Below are positions 50,367 to 58,349 of a stretch of DNA of 64,000 nt, piece after piece. Under the pieces are notes generated by a model. That model worked only from the letters and a program-made list of their open reading frames with translations, ran no database searches and had not been told where the DNA came from. How positions within the stretch are numbered: the stretch's first letter is position 1; the number at the start of each line of letters is the position of its first letter. Position numbers and translations under genes: made by a program. Origin of the DNA: Chara braunii. Its lineage: Eukaryota; Plantae; Charophyceae. The stretch lies in assembly GCA_003427395.1 (NCBI GenBank), contig BFEA01000008.1:710244-774243 (forward strand). The letters run 5' to 3'.

Positions 50367-52300
50367 CTTACTCTTCTTCGTCCTCCTCTTCTTGTTCCTC
50401 TTCCACAGACACACCTGCAAGGTCTGTGACATCCACCATTGACATCCCCCAGACCCCAANCCACCCCCGAACTTCAGTTTTTGTTGCGGATTCGGGGTCC
50501 TTTAGTGCAGCGCAGCACAGCCCCACCGTCAGAAAAAAAAAATTATATATTCCTGGCCCTGTTTTTGCGTCGCCCGGTTCACCCGGGCGGACCCCCCCGG
50601 GCCCAACCGGCCTGGGCGTCGGGGCAGCCTAGTTTGTTTGCCCTTTCAGATGATGCAACCCTTCATGCAAAATCCTTTTTTCTGCGTACTGGAGGGTACT
50701 GTATCAAGTGCAGAGTTTGTTCAACTTTGCTCTCTCTTTTCTGTCTTTGAGGGTTTGTTGTGCAACCTTTTGTTTGTTCTTTATAACATAAGTTTGTGTA
50801 TTTTGTAGACTCAGAATTTATGTCTGAATCTCCACTCCAAAAGAGAGCGTTTGGGCGGCCACAAGGTCGCTGATTCAGGCTGAGATTCTATGCAAGTGGC
50901 AGAAAACAAAGCATTATATGCCGGACGATCTGGACCTGCAGCAGAAAATCAACGCTAAATTTGCAAGTGTATGGCTGGTGGGAGGCAGGGTAGCGGACAT
51001 AAATGGCTCCTGCATACGGTGGAAAGACTGGCGCAATTCAGAAGCGGGGCTTAGAAGGTAGAAGTCCCAATCGGCAGATCGGCAGGACTGAATACAGGCC
51101 ACGTAAATTTGATGGAATGGCAGAGAGGAGGATGTCTGCAATGAAACAGTCAACAGCCTACAAGATCAGAGTTCCAGCAGGAAATCCTCGACAAGTTCAG
51201 GGGTTTGGCGCCCACATCTCTTAGTCCTTTCTTGGTTTCTCGTTAAATGTGTCAGGTTTGGCAAAATAACCTGAGAGGAAACGTAGAGTGACGGCAAGCT
51301 GACAGTCAATCGTCCAGCATTCTGGGGCAAAACAACCTGAGAGGAAAGGAGAGTGAAGGCAAGCTGACAGTCAATCCTTGAGGCTTCTGGAGCAATCAAT
51401 GCTGCTCAGGGGTCATTCGGCCAAACAGATGGAAGCGGAAGGGTGTTCTTGTTGTACTCCTGACTTGCCGGTGGAACAGGAACCGGACCAGAGCCATAAG
51501 GACAAAGAATCTATGGCTGGATATGACAATCCCGGTCCACTTATATTTTCTCTGGTCTCTGGGATACTGCACAGCTGGTCTACTTTTGGTGCTTTCGAAC
51601 TCGGAATCCGGAGCTGGAGATGTTCTTCAGTCTTGTCTGGATGGATGGAGTGGTCTTGCTCTGTCTTTTCTTCTCAAATTTATATGGTTAATTTTCTCGT
51701 CTTTCAGAGGTTGTTTCAGAAGGCACCAAGCTTGGGGTGATGTAGTTGGGTGCTAAGCGTAGGCAACATCCTACTGTTTTTGTTGTATGTTGTGCCAGGT
51801 ATATTGTTCATATTCTTCTGCAGTCCGTTGGTGAACCTTTGCTTCAGAGACTATGTTGCTCATTGTTGGGATCAGTCATGTCGGTGTTTGAGAGATCACC
51901 TACAGCAGAGAATAGTGCACTCCTCGGAGATCAGCTCCAGGTATGTCCTGAACTTCATTTTGAATCGTGCACGGGAGCCAACTGAGTTTCTTGTGGCTGA
52001 CAACTCTTCGCTTGCCAATATTTCACAAGTTAAATATATGGTATTGAAGTATTTGGAATGCTCATGTTGTTTTGTTTCCAGCCAATTGTGTCCAAGCTGG
52101 TGTCCTGCTGCATGGAGGAAGCTGCTGATATTGCTTTGGATAGTCCAGAGAGTCATAATATTGAAAGTCAGGGAGACACCTGTGGTATGGAATCACTGGG
52201 TGATTTCAAGGCCCAAGCAACGACATCTTCATCTCCACCGATTGAACTTATAGAAAGGCTTACGGTCGATGCAAGCCCATCATTGCAGGAGTACCTGAAG
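9874..52300 (+). CDS. ATM: Serine/threonine kinase ATM (PIKK family), partial multi-exon gene: 11 internal exons, with both ends of the gene outside the window
   Basis: Exons 9874-10030, 11935-11981, 13980-14043, 23388-23462, 28524-28643, 30181-30369, 41171-41292, 44447-44516, 49003-49130, 51799-51940 and 52082-52300 all have AG/GT boundaries and splice into one stop-free frame (1+1332 nt). The translation is collinear with land-plant ATM as I recall it (e.g. [32 protein letters not shown]). Confidence 0.9.
11935..11981 (+). CDS. ATM: ATM exon ([15 protein letters not shown])
   Basis: tttgctttgcag| acceptor and aag|gtaagc donor; phase 0 to 2. Confidence 0.85.
13980..14043 (+). CDS. ATM: ATM exon ([21 protein letters not shown])
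   Basis: ttttttgtctacag| acceptor and aag|gtatga donor; phase 2 to 0. Confidence 0.85.
15044..15211. repeat. Compound (GT)n microsatellite
   Basis: Seen directly. Confidence 0.95.
15235..15655 (-). mobile_element. 5'-truncated LINE-type 3' end (purine-rich UTR, A-rich tail)
   Basis: 15264-15313 matches the reverse complement of 54017-54066 at 46/50; followed by an A-rich tail on the minus strand. Confidence 0.55.
15664..15853. mobile_element. 190-bp non-autonomous TIR element (CCACCAGTAC...GTAGTGGTGG) flanked by TTTAA
   Basis: Inverted termini with tttaa on both sides; the right subterminus is shared with 29692-29724. Confidence 0.6.
16060..16435 (+). mobile_element. tRNA-derived SINE
   Basis: A-box tagctcagttgg (16073-16084), B-box-like gagtttgaactcc (~16117-16129), (TAAA)n tail, and a 16-bp TSD agaatttagaga(t/g)gaa at 16044-16059 / 16436-16451. 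Confidence 0.8.
16258..16779. repeat. Tandem duplication (~275 bp) of the SINE 3' half plus its flank
   Basis: accgttttccccgaaaacaatgcaccc...gagattgtgccgtatt occurs twice; the second copy has a ~35 bp deletion. Confidence 0.9.
17700..21260 (-). mobile_element. Degenerate Ty3/Gypsy internal region (gag, RT-end/RNase H, integrase)
   Basis: gag ([13 protein letters not shown]...[12 protein letters not shown]); [11 protein letters not shown]; [17 protein letters not shown]; [11 protein letters not shown]; integrase (YLETCEMC...GLLKPLP...VSIDF; [13 protein letters not shown]-like). Confidence 0.88.
22155..23080 (-). repeat. Dispersed repeat family D (probable LTR sequence)
   Basis: Reverse-complement homologous to 45290-45592 plus 47159-47768. 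Confidence 0.75.
23388..23462 (+). CDS. ATM: ATM exon ([25 protein letters not shown])
   Basis: ctaac branch site, gccgcag| acceptor, gag|gtatga donor; 75 nt. Confidence 0.85.
23715..24199. repeat. (GAA)n-rich low-complexity tract followed by (CT)n at a gap edge
   Basis: Seen directly. Confidence 0.95.
25125..25310. repeat. 46-bp minisatellite (at least 4 units) inside LTR A
   Basis: cctacaggccctgtgtcgtttcagcctaaaagcctgaaaac(a/g)aggg starts at 25125, 25171, 25217 and 25263. Confidence 0.92.
25125..26266 (+). repeat. LTR, family A (5' end in gap), inserted into a family-B LTR
   Basis: Collinear with 54804-55893; ends cggtatgcgaca. Confidence 0.85.
26267..26920 (-). repeat. LTR family B, 5' portion
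   Basis: Minus strand begins tgcgacgatttgaaccctcg; shares tgcccgccctaa...aaggyggg with 4620-4650 and 40570-40600. Confidence 0.7.
27802..28175. repeat. 191-bp near-perfect tandem duplication
   Basis: tatggtaactgcatggcgagcactgcc... starts at 27802 and 27993. Confidence 0.92.
28524..28643 (+). CDS. ATM: ATM exon (ARNLFVEN...[19 protein letters not shown])
   Basis: tttttgttgatcag| acceptor and cag|gtataa donor; 120 nt. Confidence 0.85.
28821..28930 (-). pseudogene. Mitochondrial SSU rRNA (rns/rrn18) 5' fragment, a NUMT
   Basis: Minus strand reads AGAGTTTGATCCTGGCTCAG AATGAACGCTAGCGATATGCTTAACACATGCAAGTCGAACGTTGTTTTC...AAAGTGGCGAACG. The GCTAGC.ATATGCTT and AACGTTGTTTTC variants are streptophyte-mitochondrial type. 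Confidence 0.85.
29099..29724. mobile_element. 626-bp CCACCA(C/G)T-TIR non-autonomous element (same family as 15664)
   Basis: taaaa|ccaccactac at the left and gcactggtgg|tttaa at the right; left subterminus shared with 41819 and 52876. Confidence 0.6.
29860..29960. repeat. 52-bp tandem duplication
   Basis: ggtggtggcccttttctcacc.tccaatggttgcacgggcggtagag occurs twice. Confidence 0.9.
30181..30369 (+). CDS. ATM: ATM exon ([27 protein letters not shown]...[10 protein letters not shown])
   Basis: taatag| acceptor and atg|gtaagt donor; 189 nt. Confidence 0.88.
30722..33423 (-). mobile_element. L1-clade LINE 3' half: post-RT region, zf-RVT-like CCHC, 3' UTR and poly(A)
   Basis: [21 protein letters not shown] and CAVC...[10 protein letters not shown]; frameshifted ORFs at 31543-33420; A-rich tail at ~30725-30755; cut at 33423 by LTR A. 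Confidence 0.85.
31014..31423. mobile_element. hAT-like MITE (410 bp) inside the L1 3' UTR
   Basis: TIR CAG(T/G)GTTG..CC(cc)TGCCGAC; 8-bp TSD gtctaaat / gtctaaac; GGTCGG/CCGAC subterminal repeats. Confidence 0.8.
33424..33740 (-). repeat. LTR family A, 3' end (remainder in gap)
   Basis: Reverse complement of the end of 25125-26266 and 54804-55893. Confidence 0.85.
39701..39713 (-). other. Primer-binding site, tRNA-iMet type (TGGTATCGGAGCT)
   Basis: Lies 3 nt after the LTR end ...TGCA. Confidence 0.85.
39717..40649 (-). repeat. 5' LTR, family B (933 bp)
   Basis: TGCGAGG...CCTTGCA; homologous to 4550-5603. Confidence 0.85.
41171..41292 (+). CDS. ATM: ATM exon ([10 protein letters not shown]...[21 protein letters not shown])
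   Basis: ctgatgcag| acceptor and gg|gtgagc donor; phase 0 to 2. Confidence 0.9.
41369..41406. other. Nextera mate-pair junction adaptor (Tn5 mosaic-end palindrome); assembly artefact
   Basis: Exact CTGTCTCTTATACACATCT+AGATGTGTATAAGAGACAG. Confidence 0.97.
41468..41505. other. Second Nextera mate-pair junction adaptor; assembly artefact
   Basis: The same exact 38-mer, embedded in microsatellites. Confidence 0.97.
42607..43050. repeat. Three local copies of a ~55-bp motif
   Basis: aggatgagcaaaatcggaatg.atcttc.gc.agaa.atggaaatat at ~42607, ~42893 and ~42995. Confidence 0.85.
44447..44516 (+). CDS. ATM: ATM exon ([23 protein letters not shown])
   Basis: cttttctttctcgcag| acceptor and atg|gtgagc donor; phase 2 to 0. 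Confidence 0.9.
45593..47158 (+). mobile_element. Solo LTR, family A variant (1566 bp including a nested insert)
   Basis: Perfect 9-bp terminal IR tgttacatg / catgtaaca; TSD aatgg / catgg; the paralogous empty site (~22745) has a single catgg. Confidence 0.85.
46460..46756 (-). mobile_element. Poly(A)-tailed retroposed fragment inside the solo LTR
   Basis: 25-nt poly(T) on the + strand; absent from other LTR A copies; possible TSD agacttt / agagttt. Confidence 0.6.
48629..48937. mobile_element. MITE (309 bp) with 12-bp TIR CTAGGCTACCAG and 8-bp TSD
   Basis: TSD ctatgctc / ctgtgctc; GCCGG subterminal repeats. Confidence 0.8.
49003..49130 (+). CDS. ATM: ATM exon ([25 protein letters not shown]...[11 protein letters not shown])
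   Basis: gcatag| acceptor and cag|gtatgc donor; phase 0 to 2. Confidence 0.88.
49950..50402. repeat. Tandem ~215-bp units carrying (CTT/CCT)n tracts
   Basis: cgcc.tcgatgaccaccagttc...cgtgttcggccgcg occurs twice. Confidence 0.85.
50850..51500 (+). mobile_element. L1 3' fragment related to 30722-33423
   Basis: [18 protein letters not shown] resembles [18 protein letters not shown]; shared 3' UTR blocks gagcaatcaatgctg... and cttgccggtggaa.aggaaccggac. Confidence 0.75.
51799..51940 (+). CDS. ATM: ATM exon ([21 protein letters not shown]...LLGDQLQ)
   Basis: tgtgccag| acceptor and cag|gtatgt donor; phase 2 to 0. Confidence 0.88.
52082..52300 (+). CDS. ATM: ATM exon ([10 protein letters not shown]...[18 protein letters not shown])
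   Basis: tttgtttccag| acceptor and aag|gtactc donor; 219 nt, following a 141-nt intron. Confidence 0.85.
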
Positions 52301-53179
52301 GTACTCAACATGCCCTTGTCAACTGCCATGACTTGCTGTGTGTCTCTTGTTTGATGCTATTCCACCCAAGCTTTGTTCTCTCATGGTTCAGACAATTTCT
52401 TAACTTTTGTGTGCTGCCTTTCTGATTCTGTTTTGGTCAGTTCATCAATGCAGAGAGATGTATTAGGCTTTACTGTCACAGAGAATACATCCTCCAAAAT
52501 AATGTTGCACGGCGTGCAACCATCAGCCCATAGCTTATCGGAGATGGGCGTCACACTGCACATCAACTTCAATAGTTTTCCTGAAGTTTTTGGTCATTGG
52601 ATTCTCACAACCACGGACGGGATTGTACGATATGGTGCTTTTTAACGGTTTTGTGCACTCTCCATTTGCGACACGTAAATGGCTTCTTTGCTTTCCTTCT
52701 CATGAGCTCTTGGCAATTGTGAGCAGTTTGATTTCTCACTATTGGTGGACAGGCTCTCCTGGAGTCAAGGCAGTTTTGCAGGGCGGATGGTGTCAGAGGA
52801 GGCATACTTTTTTCTTTCTGTTCCCGTCGTGTTCTGTGTACTACTACGAAACGCATAGGAATGAGCATCATTAAACCACTAGTACCTCGGAGCCTGTTTT
52901 TGCCGACCCTGAATTTCACTGCACTCCGAGTTTTGCCAAGCCCGGGTCCCACTCCATTTTTTTTATGGTACTCTCACGGGAAGAACAACAACAAAAAAAA
53001 GGTTGCGGCCGTGGACCTGCACCGAAGTAGATGCATAGGGAAGCAAAGGAGGCAGGCTTTTGGCAGAGATGGGGCCCGTTCCCGCAGATGCTGACGCGGG
53101 ACCCTAGCACAGGGCAGCTGCAGTTTGGACCGATCTTGCAACACTATGTGCCTGCACCAGAGAAAGAGGGTACAAGCAG

Positions 53180-54105
53180 CAATCAGTCAGTAGAATAGAA
53201 TGGCTTTAAGTAGGTAGGAAGTAGGGGGGATGGGAGGATACGGGGGTAGACGGAGTTAGGAAGCCGGTAGAAGGCAAAGTAGGGAGGGGGAAGAGGGTTA
53301 AGAGCGGATGGAAAAAGGGAGGAGGGGGACCCAAAAATGGGGAAAAAGGGAAAAGATAGAGTGAAGGATACGGGGTTAACCTGGATTGATGAACATATTG
53401 CTGGGGACAAGACCAGAGGGCGGTGTAAATAGAATGAGGGTGAAATGAGAGGTTTGAAAAGCCTGGATTAGAAGTGGGGAAAGGGCAAGAGGAGAGAGGT
53501 GATAGCAAAGACAAAGGAGACGGGAGTAAGAATTAGAGGAAACTTAAGCATACAATAGGCAGTCGGGTATAAGGAAGCAACTAGATTAAAAGAGTGTAGT
53601 AGTTATAAAAAAGAAGGGTTTGAACAGAGGGTGTGACTGATAGGATGGATAAAGGAGATTGGTGTAAAAATTAGACAAGATTTAAGGACTCGATAGGAAG
53701 CCGGGAATGGGAAGGATCTAGACTAAAAGAGTGTTAGTAGGTACAAAAAAGATGGTTGAACACAGGGTGGGACTGACAGGATGTGAGGCCCGTGAGACTG
53801 CTAGAACGGCCCCCCCGGGCCAGGCCTTCCCTGGGGACCCTTCTGTTGTGTGGCTGGGTGCTGCTAGGAAGCCTCCCGACCAACAGAGATATCCCTGGGG
53901 AGGCTATGGTATGGGAAGAGGGTTTGGTTGTAGCAATCCCCCCCTTGTTAGGCGCCTAGGGCCACAAGGGTAAGGCTTTCCTCTTTTCCTACAAATAATT
54001 TGTACTTTGAAACTCATGCTTGCCGGTGATAAGCAACCGGACTGATGCCCCCCAGAATAGAAGGGGCGGAGTTGTTGTTAAAAAAAAAAAGGAAAAAAAA
54101 AAAAG
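53180..54105 (+). mobile_element. LINE-type 3' UTR with poly(A)
   Basis: Purine-rich UTR, conserved terminal motif at 54017-54066, poly(A) from 54080. Confidence 0.55.
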
Positions 54106-54655
54106 GAAAGAAACTCACAAAGCAAGAAAACAAAAAAAAATTAAACAAAGCTCTAACTGTGATTGCTGTTGTATACATTCTTGGAAGTGGCCATGTGAGT
54201 GTGCCCTCAGTGAGGGATCTCAGCCCTGTGGCCAGTTTGTCAGATTCCAGAAACACAAAACAAGAAGAAAAAAACGGAAACAAGGATTCGGCCGTGAAAA
54301 TGGATGGATAAGTTCCACTTAAGGGGCAGTGTGATCACGGTTTCAATCCTTGAGGAAAATATAACAGACCTGTTGTGCTTATGTTGCTTGCTATAGAGTT
54401 AAAAGACCGTAAAACCGTTTCATTGTTGGATTGGCTAATCTTTAGTTTGCTTTATTGGCAGCTATAGGGTTAAAGCTGATTCGGTTTTGGATCTACTCAA
54501 ATGGGTGGAATGGGGGCCATTGTGGTGGCAATATACAACACACCCCAAGGGGCAGACTGTCAGTGTTTGACCCACTATCGAGTCGATGGAAGTGCGACTA
54601 AAACAGTCTGGTACAGACATGCTTCTTTCGGGGAAATGTGTATAGCGAACATGAC

Positions 54656-54721
<66 letters not shown>

Positions 54722-54803
54722 TCTGCGCATCTCGGTGGAATACGGTTAGTTGTGATGACAATCTATAACGCTCACACAAACAGTCTGCAATGGTGTCCCC
54801 TGC

Positions 54804-55893
54804 TGTGGCATACTGCGCAGCCACACAGGCCTGCGAGGCCTGACCAGATGGAAAATAACGGCCCTACAGGCCCTGTATCGTTTCAGCCTAAAAGCCTGAA
54901 AACGAGGGCCATTTTCAGGCCCTCATAAAGTTAACCTGCCCTGAAACTCAGGCTCCAGACCAGAGTTTAGCACAGGCCAATTTTGGGCCTGTTTCAAGAC
55001 AACCTTTGTTTGAACTTCAACGCCGGGGTCTGGCACGTTTCGGCATTGGCAAGAGCAGCCTCCCGAACGGGCCAGCACTATATAGAACTGGCCCGCCCTG
55101 CAGGCTGCAGGTAGCTCATAGGAACTTCCCAGGCAGTTCATGGGCACTTCATGTGCAGGAGGCAGGAAGCAGTCTTCAGGATTTGGCAGCAGCACTCTGG
55201 AGAGCACTCTGGAGGAGCGCTGCAGGAGTAGTAGTAGCGTTAGCGCTGGGCGCTATTATGAGCTAGAGTAGCGTTGGAGAGAGAGAGAGGGGGTTGGCGG
55301 AGGCCAGGGAGACTTACCTGGCCAGGGAGACTTACCTGTGGCGCCATAGCTCCAGGTTCGTCTTCGATGTACCTGTATCAAGGCGCCGCCTTCACAGGTT
55401 AGTACCGGACTCTGAGAGAGAGAGAGAGAGGGAGAGAGAGAGAGAGAGTTCTTCTTTTTCCTCTTCTAAGTCCACCATCTCTCCCTCACCCTCTCGCCAC
55501 CCGACTTCTCAGTATCTGCGGACTACGAGAGAGAGAGATTGGCGACTTTTGGACTTGACGACATTTGGATCCAGACTCGACATTGGGATTGAGACATTGG
55601 ACGAGGGATTAATTGGGACCTGTACCGAAGACTTGGTGGTCGACATTCCCATATTTCCCCTCTTCTTCGTCTAACCCCCCTCTTCTTCGTCTGTGTATGG
55701 TTGGGGACTGGCGCATTCTTCCTGTGTGAGCGCCAGGCCCCTTCACACCATGGAATGATGATGATGTATGCCTGGTCTGCATTGCGACATTGATTGGTCT
55801 GATCATTGGTATTTTAGCCTTCCACTGCGCTATCTTGTACTATGTGAGAGAGGTCGGTTCTTGTTCTGGTCTGCCCCTTTACGGTATGCGACA
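54804..55893 (+). repeat. LTR family A (1090 bp), in 5' LTR position
   Basis: tgtggcatactg...cggtatgcgaca imperfect IR, followed by a PBS. Confidence 0.88.
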
Positions 55894-55896
55894 GTT

Positions 55897-55908
55897 TGGT
55901 ATCGGAGC
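55897..55908 (+). other. Primer-binding site, tRNA-iMet type (TGGTATCGGAGC)
   Basis: Lies 3 nt after the LTR end. Confidence 0.85.
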
Positions 55909-57213
55909 GGACCTCTCAGTCAGAGGATCCGCCCAATCAAGAAGCCAGGTTGCTTGATCGACTGATTGTCGACTGATTGATTGATTGATTGATTGACTGA
56001 TTGTTTCTAAGTGAATCAAGTAGGATAGTAGGACTCCATCAAATCTCTGCAAAAAAAAAAAAAAAAAAAAAAAAAATCGCAACTTCGGATATTAGCATTT
56101 CGTTTCTGTCTACGCATAGTAGTTGAACTAGGGAGGTTGTCATATTCTCAGACTGGATCTATACTTCAGATTTCTTCTCTGAAAGTGGAACCTCCAGTCT
56201 ATTTCGTGCGAATTTTTTTTTTCCCAAGATCGCATTTCGGACAGCCGAAACTTTGCGAAACCTTGCCTAGATCTTGCTCATAGTACTCCTCTGAAATGCC
56301 TCAATCATAGCAGATTGACACATATACAAAAAAAAAAAAAAAAAAAAAAGGGGGGGGGGGGTAATCCTCTTCTTTTATCTTTTATTTTTATTTTTACAAG
56401 TGGACCTGCCGCAGCGACGCTGCGGCTGAGGAGAGGGGAGAGGAGGCGGAGGTTGATGAGTGCAGGAGAGGAGAGATGCAACAGTGGCTGGCCTTTGCTT
56501 TCGAGGTGTTTTTTTTTTGCGCGGTCATGGTCAGGTTTTGAAAATTCGGGCATATCTCACATTGTGTTCGGGGGTGAAGAGAAAAACACAAAGTTTGAAG
56601 TTTGATGGGTAAATACATGGCAATCAAAGTAGAAGATGAGATCATGAAAAGCATACTCACCATTCGAAACTGGAAAGCCAGGGCGAAGGGGAATTTGATC
56701 ATTTACACGGAGATTCTGTCTTTCTTAGTGTGTGTTTGTCACACACATGCACATATGGAGNNNNNNNNNNNNNNNNNNNNNNNNNNNNNNNNNNNNNNNN
56801 NNNNNNNNNNNNNNNNNNNNGGAAGTAGGCTGAGCATGTTGATGTTGCTGTTGTAGGCATACTCACCATTGGAAACTGGAAAGCCAGGGCGAAGGGGAAT
56901 TTGATCATTTACACGAAGATTCTTTCCTAATGTGTGTTTGTCACACACATGCACACATGGAGAGACACACATATCCCATTGATGGAAGTAGGCTCAGCAT
57001 GTTGATGTTGCTGTTGTAGATTGTAGCAGGCCAGTATCTTGATGTTGTTGTTGAAAGTCGTAGTAGAAGTGTTGTGGTAGTCGGTGGAGAGGGCTTGAAC
57101 ATTGGGAGGGAGGCGGCAACTTCTTTTGTTGTTGTAGATTGCAGAGGCAGCCTATGTTGAATTCTCCATGAATGCGCGTAGAAGTGTCGTCTCTTGATGA
57201 GATTGTAGCAGTA

Positions 57214-58317
57214 TTAGGAGTGAGATGGTGGGGGTTGCACTTGGAGGTATGAGATGGCACGACGAATGATATTTGCTCTGTATGTAGAGAAGGGGGGGAG
57301 GGGTTGCTGTGCAGCTTGGTGGTGGAGAAGGATGAGGTCGTTGAGATATTCCCATGTGCGTGGTGCGTGGGGTATTGTATAGATGGCAAGCGTATGTTGT
57401 GCCATGAGGATATCGTGAACGATTGCAGTGGCGTGTGTGGGTCACCAAGGTTGGAGAGGACGCCACCATGACGGGTCAGTTTCATGGATGAAGTGCGGGT
57501 GTAAGTAAGGACGTTGTGGCGGTGGTGATGAAAGAATGAAAGAAGATGAGTGATATGCTGCAGAAATGCGTTCGTGTTGGTACTGGGGGTGTGAAATGGA
57601 CGGTGGTCGAATGTGATTGTAGTCGTCGTTAAGGATTGTGAGGAGAAATGTCTTGTCTTGAGAGAAGCGTATATTGGAGTTGGGAGAAGGAGGCGGACGG
57701 CAGACGAATTGTGAGCGATTTTGTTTGTAGAGAGTGAAGTATTCATAGATGTGAGGTGAATATGCGGCATGGTCAGTGTGCAGGAAATCCTCCCAAAGAA
57801 TTTGATCAGTGATGTGATGGATATTGCGGATTGTCACGAGCTCTTGCCATCGATCCTATCGGGGAAGAGGTATAGGTATTTGTGCAAGGATGTCATCATC
57901 TAATCCGAGGTGCGATAGGTCTGAAGTTTCGGGTTGAGTAGATAACATCCGAGAACGTGGAAACATGTTGGGCGGCATCAGCAGATGCGGTGGATAAGAG
58001 TATGAGGGCTTGAGTTGAAACAGGAGAGTTAGTAGGTGTGTCGGTGTTTGGTTGGTTGGATAGTGCGGAGGTTGTAGTGTATGAAAAAGAGGAGGAGAGG
58101 TTTGTTTGAGGATCAGTGGACAGCAAGGAAGAGGAGAGGGTTGTTTGTGGATCAGATGCCGCAGTGGAACATGTCTAGGAGAGGGATATTTGTGGATGAG
58201 ATGCAGTAGTAGAAGATTTTGATCTTGCTCTCTTGGCGGGAGTTTGTTGTTGAGAAGTACCTGCATGAAGCGAAGTGCCATAAAAAAGAGTCGAAATTGA
58301 GAGTTAACACATTTCAT
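57214..58317 (-). pseudogene. Second Helitron-borne reading frame with an F-box-like motif (two in-frame stops)
   Basis: ORFs 58317-57856, 57837-57442 and 57405-57214 share one frame; the junction reads LSHLGLDDDILAQIPIPLPR*DRWQELVTIRNIHHITDQILWEDF. Confidence 0.4.
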
Positions 58318-58349
58318 GAGAGGATGTTTTTGTAGATGGCATTTGTTGT

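Noticed and set aside
51500-52950. hAT transposase relic on the minus strand ([17 protein letters not shown])
   Set aside because: Much of the region is explained by two ATM exons on the + strand; the remaining resemblance is too weak.
56994-57770. 258-aa minus-strand ORF as a gene
   Set aside because: Thr/Ser/His-rich with no motif; likely a shadow frame overlapping the longer interrupted frame.
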